Source: Chlamydiales bacterium (GTDB taxonomy: Bacteria; Chlamydiota; Chlamydiia; Chlamydiales; SM23-39). From it: a stretch of 32,000 nucleotides of DNA. The notes beneath the pieces are model-generated. The model searched no databases. It was not told where the DNA came from and saw only the letters and a program-made list of their open reading frames with translations. Below, in pieces: positions 26,233 through 32,000 of this stretch (positions are counted from its first letter, which is position 1; each line of letters begins with the position of its first letter). Position numbers and translations under genes: made by a program. The DNA lies in assembly GCA_965261025.1 (NCBI GenBank), contig OZ253438.1, positions 1,110,001-1,142,000 on the forward strand, written 5' to 3'.

Positions 26233-27647
26233 TGTAAAGCCCCCTTTTTGAGAGAAAAAGATACTTCATAAAAATTTTTCTCTTGTTTCCAGGTAAAATC
26301 TTTTTTTTGATCTACAAGGGGATTATTCTGGGATAGGGACTCTAAAAAAGCATGCCATAAAACAGCAGAGGCAATTTTTAACCGGAGCTTTATAAAAACT
26401 TGGTAGGGATCTTGGGGTTTTTGTAAAAAGGGATATTTTTCTAATCGGTATTCTATTTTGTCTATTTCAATCTCCTGGGATTGTAAGAGGGGATTATGAG
26501 AAAGCCAGTGTAAAAAGGAGGAAACGGTAGGAGAAGAAATTCCTATTTTTTTGTAAAAATCCTCTTTTTCTATTTGCTGCTCCCAGCTTTCTATTTTTTC
26601 TCTCAAAGAGCCCTCCAAGGCTTTTTTTTCGAAAGGAATAGATTCCTCAGAATAAGCCGCTTGGAACCTTTTTTCTAGGATCTCTTTTTCTTTTCTTAGC
26701 TCTTTTTTTTGCTCCCCCCAGAAAACAAGCCCCAGCCCCCAGAAAAAACTGAGGAGAAAAAAAGCATAAAACCCTATTTTTTTCAAAAAAGAAGAAGAGA
26801 CCCACTCATTTTTTCGAAATTGGATAGAAGCGGTCTCTTTCGATAAAGAGCTCATAGCAAGGCCAATGGCGATAGCATAAGGTAAAGTGGGTTCATTTTT
26901 TTCTTCCGCTTCTAAAAAATTTTCTACATATTCAGAACAGATTTCAAAAAACCAGCTTTTAAACGCTTTTGTATTTCCTGTAAAAAAAAGGGGGAGCTTT
27001 TTTTCCGTCTTTAAAGAGCAAAAACATCTTCTGATGTCTCTTTTTTTCTCCTCTTCTCCCTTTTTTTTGAAAAACTCTCGCATCTGATTCTCTCCCCAGT
27101 CTAGGGAAAAGCAATGAAAAGGAAGATTTTTTTTCATCCATACTAAGGTAATGCGATCTTGCCCCAGATGCAAAATATAGCTTTCTGATATAGAGGGAAA
27201 AAGGGATCTGGTATAGTGCACTAGAGCTAGACTGTGGAAGGAGATTTTTTCTGGTTCTAAATTGTATTTTTCCCAAGAGAATAAATGATTTTTTATCGAA
27301 GATTTACTAGTGATAAACAGGTTTATTTCCCCCTTTTTATGAGAGGAGAAAAGAGGGGCATAAAGGTAGCTTTTCGGTTTTAAAAAAAAGGTAGATTCTA
27401 TTTGAAATCCCAAGGTTTTTTCCCCTTCTTTTGGGGAAAGATTAGGTAAGTAAAGGGATGTATGCAAAACTTGATCTAGCCCGGAAGCAAAGGGAGTTCT
27501 CTTAAAAAACTTTCTGTAAAGCCGTTTTACATTAACTTCTGAAGTGCTCCAAGATTCGAGCTTTTCAATTTCAAAGTGGTTCTTTTTTTTTCTGACTTGA
27601 GCTAGAAAAAAAGAACTCTCTGTTTTTTCTACTCCTACAAAGCGCAT
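26229..27647 (-). CDS. PilM-PilN fusion-like / GspL-like bitopic protein (cytoplasmic actin-like domain + TM + periplasmic domain; function hypothetical)
   Basis: 472 aa. The N-terminal ~285 aa has a PilM-like motif order: MRFVGVEKTESSFFLAQVRKKKNHFEIEKLES; GFQIESTFFLKPKSYLY; INLFITSKSSIKNHLFSWEKYNLEPEKISFHSLALVHY; ILHLGQDRITLVWMKKNLPFHCFSLDWGENQM. One TM follows (IGFYAFFLLSFFWGLGLVFWG), then a coiled coil and a C-terminal alpha/beta-like module (IEIDKIEYRLE...YQVFIKLRLKI...FYEVSFSLKK). Confidence 0.55.
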   Translation of the reverse strand: MRFVGVEKTESSFFLAQVRKKKNHFEIEKLESWSTSEVNVKRLYRKFFKRTPFASGLDQVLHTSLYLPNLSPKEGEKTLGFQIESTFFLKPKSYLYAPLFSSHKKGEINLFITSKSSIKNHLFSWEKYNLEPEKISFHSLALVHYTRSLFPSISESYILHLGQDRITLVWMKKNLPFHCFSLDWGENQMREFFKKKGEEEKKRDIRRCFCSLKTEKKLPLFFTGNTKAFKSWFFEICSEYVENFLEAEEKNEPTLPYAIAIGLAMSSLSKETASIQFRKNEWVSSSFLKKIGFYAFFLLSFFWGLGLVFWGEQKKELRKEKEILEKRFQAAYSEESIPFEKKALEGSLREKIESWEQQIEKEDFYKKIGISSPTVSSFLHWLSHNPLLQSQEIEIDKIEYRLEKYPFLQKPQDPYQVFIKLRLKIASAVLWHAFLESLSQNNPLVDQKKDFTWKQEKNFYEVSFSLKKGALQ

Positions 27648-27671
27648 GAATTCCCCCGAAAAGAAGGGATC

Positions 27672-27700
27672 ATTTTAGCTTTTTATCAGGATTAATGCAA
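27672..27700 (-). promoter_or_regulatory. Promoter candidate for the 472/196/424-aa operon (TTGCAT-17 nt-TAAAAT on minus strand)
   Basis: -35 at 27700-27695 and -10 at 27677-27672, about 25 nt upstream of the ATG at 27647, with GGGGGA as a possible RBS in between. Confidence 0.35.
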
Positions 27701-27754
27701 AAGAGCTATAGCGAAAAATAGAAAATAAAGGTCTTTTTCTGTATTTTCTAGGGT

Positions 27755-28009
27755 ATGATTCTTGTCTCCCTGATCCGTTTTTTCTATGTAACCTATTCTT
27801 TAATGCTGTTTATACGAATACTGGGTTCTTGGTTTCCCGAATGGGAATCTACTTCTTTTATGCGCTTTATTTGGATCTATACAGAGCCGTATCTTTCTCT
27901 TTTTCGAAGACTCATCCCTCCAATAGGGGGAACTTTGGATATTAGTCCTATTTTAGCCTTTTTTGTGTTAGGTATCTTAGAGAAGATTCTTTTAAGGCTC
28001 GTTTTATGA
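27755..28009 (+). CDS. yggT: YggT/Ycf19-family small membrane protein
   Basis: 84 aa. YSLMLFIRILGSWFP....F..FIWIYTEPYLSLFRRLIPPIGGTLDISPILAFFVL is the characteristic YggT pattern. Confidence 0.8.
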   Translation: MILVSLIRFFYVTYSLMLFIRILGSWFPEWESTSFMRFIWIYTEPYLSLFRRLIPPIGGTLDISPILAFFVLGILEKILLRLVL

Positions 28010-28983
28010 GGGGCTATCTCTCTCCTTTTTTTTTGAAAGGCAAAAAATTTCCCAGTAATCTCTTTTATGCTCCTCTAGCGGGTTTTACCGATTTTCCTTA
28101 TAGGAAAATGGGGGCTTTTTACAAACCGGGTCTTCAGTTTTGCGAAATGGTTAAGATGGAGCCGTTGGTCAGAGGAGATAAAAACACCTTGAAAATTTTG
28201 CATTTTGAAGAGTCTATGAGACCTATAGGAGCGCAAATTTGTGGGAGTCAGCTTTCTTTGGCAAGGAAAAGTGCTCGCATCATTGAAGATTTGGGCTTTG
28301 ATTGGCTCGACTTAAATTGTGGTTGTCCCGTAGATCGAATTACTAAAGATGGAAGCGGTTCTGGTATGTTAAAAAATCCAGAAAGAATAGCAGAGATGAT
28401 CGCGGAACTGGTTTCTGAAGTATCTATCCCCGTTTCTTTAAAGATTCGCTCAGGTTGGGATGAGAGAAACATAAATGCCCCTCTTGTTACCGCTTTAGCA
28501 GAAAAAGCGGGAGCAGCGTTAATCGGAATTCATGGAAGAACACGAGAACAAGCTTATCGGGGTTTTTCAGATCGTGCTATTATTAAAGAGTGTAAAAAAG
28601 TGGCCAAAACCATAAAGGTATTTGGAAATGGAGATTTATTTAAAGCGCAAGACATAAAGGATATGTTTGAACAAACACTTTGTGATGGGGTTTTGATTTC
28701 AAGGGGAACTATGGGACAGCCTTGGATAGCCCAAGAAGTACAAGATTTTTATGAAGGAAAGAATCTTGGTTGGAATAACCAAGCTCTACGGAAGAAAGCT
28801 CTTTTAAAGCATTTTTCTTATATTGTGTCTTTTTATCCAGAAGTAAAAGCCCTTTTAGAGCTTAGAAAAATAGGCTGTTTGTACGTAAGAGATTTTTCAG
28901 GAGTAAAAGCTTTTAGGAGAAAATTTCATGCTGCACAAAGCCTTGCTGAAATGTCTCAAATCATTGAAGAAGTGCCTGTTTAA
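28006..28983 (+). CDS. dus: tRNA-dihydrouridine synthase
   Basis: 325 aa. APLAGFTDFPYRKM, IGAQICGS, LDLNCGCPV (catalytic Cys), LKIRSGWD, IHGRTREQAYRG, NGDL. ATGA overlap with yggT. Confidence 0.9.
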   Translation: MRGYLSPFFLKGKKFPSNLFYAPLAGFTDFPYRKMGAFYKPGLQFCEMVKMEPLVRGDKNTLKILHFEESMRPIGAQICGSQLSLARKSARIIEDLGFDWLDLNCGCPVDRITKDGSGSGMLKNPERIAEMIAELVSEVSIPVSLKIRSGWDERNINAPLVTALAEKAGAALIGIHGRTREQAYRGFSDRAIIKECKKVAKTIKVFGNGDLFKAQDIKDMFEQTLCDGVLISRGTMGQPWIAQEVQDFYEGKNLGWNNQALRKKALLKHFSYIVSFYPEVKALLELRKIGCLYVRDFSGVKAFRRKFHAAQSLAEMSQIIEEVPV

Positions 28984-29456
28984 TTTTCTTTTGCCATCTT
29001 CTCAAAGATTTTTTGGAGTCTTTTTTGCTCTTTTAAAGATTCACAAGAAGGTTTTTTCTCTTCCTTTTTAGCCTTTTTTTGGGAGAAAACCTTTTGTAAG
29101 AAAAAAGAAAGGGACCAAACGTTTACTCCCAGATTTTTGCAGCTTTGTGCTAATTTTTTGTCAGAGGTTATCACCGTATAAGCCACTTCGTTTTTTCGTC
29201 CATAGAGTTTTTCCAAAATATAATCATCAGCGCTCATACCCTTAGGGGAAAATTCCACTTTGACTGATTCGACATAAGCTGTCTCAGGTAAGGCCATCTC
29301 TGAGCTACCATCAAAGATAATCCAGATAGGGCCCTTTAAAAGAGGCGCTATGTCCAGTACTAAAGAAAGAGTTTCTTCTCTTTTCTTGTGTGTAGGGGAA
29401 GGGTTGTTTAGTAAAAAAAATAGCAGGTTATATCCATCTATCAGGTAGAAGGACAT
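28980..29456 (-). CDS. YacP/Rae1-like NYN-domain ribonuclease family protein
   Basis: 158 aa. YLIDGYNLLF, WIIFDGS, VITSDKKLAQSCKNLGVNVWS and a K/E-rich tail. This pattern fits the YacP-like NYN family. Confidence 0.7.
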   Translation of the reverse strand: MSFYLIDGYNLLFFLLNNPSPTHKKREETLSLVLDIAPLLKGPIWIIFDGSSEMALPETAYVESVKVEFSPKGMSADDYILEKLYGRKNEVAYTVITSDKKLAQSCKNLGVNVWSLSFFLQKVFSQKKAKKEEKKPSCESLKEQKRLQKIFEKMAKEN

Positions 29457-30082
29457 TAATGAAATGTCTCTAGAAAAGAGAAAATTTTATCCAGTGCTTT
29501 TCTCCTATGAGAAATACGATTCTTGATAGATTCTTCTAGCTCTGCAAAGGTTTTACTGTATTCGTACTTTACAAAAAGAGGGTCATATCCAAATCCTCCT
29601 CCCCCTTTTTCTTGGGCAAGAATCTTTCCTTCACAAATTGCCTCAACAGATTTTACCACTTTCTCAGGAGAGGCAATAGAGATGGCACAAACATAATAAG
29701 CCGCTCGATCTTCTTCTTTTAAATGAATCATTTCATGAAGAAGTTTTTTTCGATTTTCTGCATCGCTAGCTTTTTCTCCTGCAAACCTAGCTGAGAACAC
29801 GCCTGGTTTTCCATGTAAAGCTGGAACTACAAGCCCTGAGTCATCTGCTATAGCCCAACAATTTAAAGCCTTTGCAGCATGAAGTGCTTTTTCTTTGGCA
29901 ATTTCTTCAAAAGAATTTCCCTCTTCTGCAATGGGCGTATAATGAGGAAAATCGAGGAGAGATAAAAGATCCAGATGTCTCAAGGGGGATAAAATGGAGC
30001 GAAATTCTCGAACCTTATGTAAGTTCTTACTTGCAATGACAAAAGATTTGGTTTTTTCCAAAACACCCATTCTCTCTAACAC
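29456..30082 (-). CDS. rdgB: Non-canonical purine NTP pyrophosphatase (RdgB/HAM1 family)
   Basis: 208 aa from a GTG. The ATG at 30070 (MGVLEKTKSFVIASKNLHKVREF) is the likelier start. Motifs: ADDSGLVVPAL.GKPGV.SARF, FGYDPLF, SHRRKAL. Its TAA overlaps the yacP-like ATG (TAATG). Confidence 0.9.
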   Translation of the reverse strand: MLERMGVLEKTKSFVIASKNLHKVREFRSILSPLRHLDLLSLLDFPHYTPIAEEGNSFEEIAKEKALHAAKALNCWAIADDSGLVVPALHGKPGVFSARFAGEKASDAENRKKLLHEMIHLKEEDRAAYYVCAISIASPEKVVKSVEAICEGKILAQEKGGGGFGYDPLFVKYEYSKTFAELEESIKNRISHRRKALDKIFSFLETFH

Positions 30083-30126
30083 ACGTTTGCTTTTTTACCA
30101 TACAAAATTTTCAATATAGTGAAAAT

Positions 30127-32000
30127 TTATTTCTGCTCCAAGGCACTGAAGATCTCTTTTACTACAAAAGAATCTCCTTGGAAGGTAAAGGAATCCCCCC
30201 TTTTTTTTCCCTTCATAGCTTGCGCAAATTTGGATTGAAAAGAAAGGATATTTTTTTCTGGATTCGCATCCCAGGGCCCTAAAAGGGTGTAGGAAACCCT
30301 CTCTCCCTTCTGATTTTCACAAATGACCCTAGAGCCAACCTGAACTTCTTCCAAAGAGATATCTTCTCTTCTCAAAATTTTAGCTTGGTTCAAAAGCTCA
30401 GACAAAAAACGGGCCTCTGATTGAAGGCGATCTCTTTTTTCCAAAGCAGCTTTGTATTCTGCGTTTTCCCTTAAATCTCCATAGGATCTAGCTTCTTCAA
30501 TTTCCTTAGCGTTTTGAACTGCCTCAGAAGAGGTAATGTGTTCTAGGCGTTTTTTTGCTTTTTCATATCCTTCTTCCGTAGTCCAAATGACATCTTCTTC
30601 TACTTCTTCTTTTGAAAGAGAAGGGTGTTCTACTTCCGCCAAAGAATGAAGGATTTTCAAATCAGAATCGGTAAACCATTCACATTTAGTAGAGAGAAGT
30701 AAATATTCTTTAGCCTCTTCTAAGGAAGAGTTTTTCAAGAAGTCTCGAACGATCTTATATCGACGACCTGTTAAAGTAGAAGTCATTTTCTTAGCCAAGT
30801 TCTTATACTGCTCTTTCCCATTTAGGTGGGCAAGTAAGATTAAAAAAGCTTCGAAAAAAGGGTTTTTTTCCTGTTCTTTTTGGATAAAGGGAAGAGCTCC
30901 TTCTAAAACTTTTTGGAAACACCATACTAAAGCCTCAGGATAGGAAGAAGGGGTTTTTACCAGAACAAAAAGTCTTTCTTTGAGCAATTCAGGTACTTTT
31001 TTTTCTAGCTCAGAAAAAATATAATCACGGACTAAGTTAGGTTCTACTTCTAGCAAAAGATCCAGAAAGAAAGAGGGCCATTTTTCCTCTTGTTTTTGCA
31101 CTATTTGAAGCACTTTCTTTTTGAAAGAAAGGATAGAAATCTCCCCCAGCATACTTTTCACAAGAGAAAGATCTTGTAAAAGAGAATACAGCTCTTCCTT
31201 ATGTCCCTTCTTTCCTTTTATTTCTTCCAAGAAAAACAGAACTTGTAGTCTATGTACTGCTTTCAGATCAGTAGAAGCTAGTATCTCCTCTAATTTTTGT
31301 TCCAAGGATTTTTTGAAGTCTTGGTTTTTTAGTGTTTCAGAAAAATCTCTTAAGAAAGTGTAAACCATCTGGATTGTATCTTCTATTGAGGGTTTTTTCT
31401 CTAAGGCTTTATAGAAAAGAACTTCATGAGGCAACTCTTGTTCTCTTAAAAAGAAAGATCCTTTGCTTTCCTTGGGAGAATGTATCTTTGTGTCCTTCTT
31501 CAGTTTAGCTCTTACGTTTTGCCACCATCGGTTCCATTCCTTTTCAGGGATAACCAGCTCACAGAGCTCCTCCTTTATCTCTTGCGCTGTTTTAGGACCT
31601 AAGTCTTGTAAAAGAAGTTGGATGATATGAACAGGATTTTCTTTTGCTTCCTTTTCTAAGTTATCGGGATCGCCAAATCTTCTTGCTAGAAAGTGAGTTT
31701 TTGCAAGAGGAACTAATGTATGGAAAGCATTTTTGAAGGAGAGATGTTTAATTCCCACTACGAGATCACATTCTAAGGCAATTTCTTCTCTTACAAAGGA
31801 AAAATCAATAATTTCAGAACAGCCCCAGCCTGCCTTGTGGAAGACAAAATTTCCCTTTTTCAAATGGTTTAAAAGCTCAAAATTTCGAATTGAGCCTTGA
31901 AAAGAAAGGGGGCCTTTTAACCCTACTAGCTTCAATTTTTCCTGAAATAAAGGATCTTCTTCTCCGCCTTGGGAGATGTAGGAAAGGGCTACTTCATAAA
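30127..32000 (-). CDS. greA: Transcript cleavage factor GreA with a long N-terminal extension (5' end runs off the right window edge)
   Basis: The C-terminal ~150 aa is canonical GreA: EEARSYGDLRENAEYKAALEKRDRLQSEARFLSELLNQAKIL (coiled coil) plus VQVGSRVICENQKGERVSYTLLGPWDANPEKNILSFQSKFAQAMKGKKRGDSF (FKBP-like domain). The track starts it at a TTG at 31935, but I checked that the frame stays open to base 32000, so the gene is probably longer. Confidence 0.85.
   Translation of the reverse strand, partial: YEVALSYISQGGEEDPLFQEKLKLVGLKGPLSFQGSIRNFELLNHLKKGNFVFHKAGWGCSEIIDFSFVREEIALECDLVVGIKHLSFKNAFHTLVPLAKTHFLARRFGDPDNLEKEAKENPVHIIQLLLQDLGPKTAQEIKEELCELVIPEKEWNRWWQNVRAKLKKDTKIHSPKESKGSFFLREQELPHEVLFYKALEKKPSIEDTIQMVYTFLRDFSETLKNQDFKKSLEQKLEEILASTDLKAVHRLQVLFFLEEIKGKKGHKEELYSLLQDLSLVKSMLGEISILSFKKKVLQIVQKQEEKWPSFFLDLLLEVEPNLVRDYIFSELEKKVPELLKERLFVLVKTPSSYPEALVWCFQKVLEGALPFIQKEQEKNPFFEAFLILLAHLNGKEQYKNLAKKMTSTLTGRRYKIVRDFLKNSSLEEAKEYLLLSTKCEWFTDSDLKILHSLAEVEHPSLSKEEVEEDVIWTTEEGYEKAKKRLEHITSSEAVQNAKEIEEARSYGDLRENAEYKAALEKRDRLQSEARFLSELLNQAKILRREDISLEEVQVGSRVICENQKGERVSYTLLGPWDANPEKNILSFQSKFAQAMKGKKRGDSFTFQGDSFVVKEIFSALEQK

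Noticed and set aside
26887-27276. Overlapping ORFs (66 aa on +, 105 aa on -) inside the 472-aa gene.
   Set aside because: They are alternative-frame or antisense shadows with low-complexity products. The 472-aa frame has coherent domain architecture and coupled downstream genes.
1-32000. Scan for CRISPR arrays, IS elements or transposases, integrases, rRNA genes and long direct or inverted repeats.
   Set aside because: None were seen by eye. The only sizeable repeat is the tandem porin duplication. The many A/T homopolymers are compositional rather than organised repeats.

Overview
AT-rich, gene-dense bacterial chromosomal segment with about 30 protein genes and one tRNA. I found no rRNA, CRISPR array, transposase or integrase. 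Most of it is housekeeping: recB-recD, rpsT, a sigma-66-like rpoD followed 4 nt later by tRNA-Pro(GGG), an ispA-like prenyl synthase, recA, glk, a dihydrouridine synthase, rdgB and a very long greA that runs off the right edge. Several traits suggest a Chlamydiota member outside the Chlamydiaceae: rpsT near rpoD, the N-terminally extended GreA, Cys-poor MOMP-like porins and the presence of glucokinase. This is inference from memory of those families, not a search. Five parts look accessory or unusual. (1) A divergent NodU-type carbamoyltransferase / GT2 glycosyltransferase / MATE exporter cluster at the left edge. (2) A glucokinase overlapping a large GH63-like glycosidase. (3) Two tandem paralogous beta-barrel porin genes that keep a conserved promoter. 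(4) An orphan three-gene envelope operon whose products have PilM/PilN(GspL)-like, PilO(GspM)-like and MORN-repeat lipoprotein architectures, with no secretin, ATPase or pilin nearby. This is my best candidate for something undescribed. (5) A small zinc-ribbon ORF abutting tRNA-Pro that is split by a 1-nt frame change in a C5/G5 run. Gene packing is extreme: four convergent gene pairs share a 4-nt overlapping stop (TTAG or TTAA), and several same-strand pairs overlap as ATGA or TAATG. All functional calls come from reading motifs in the translations. No database search was possible.
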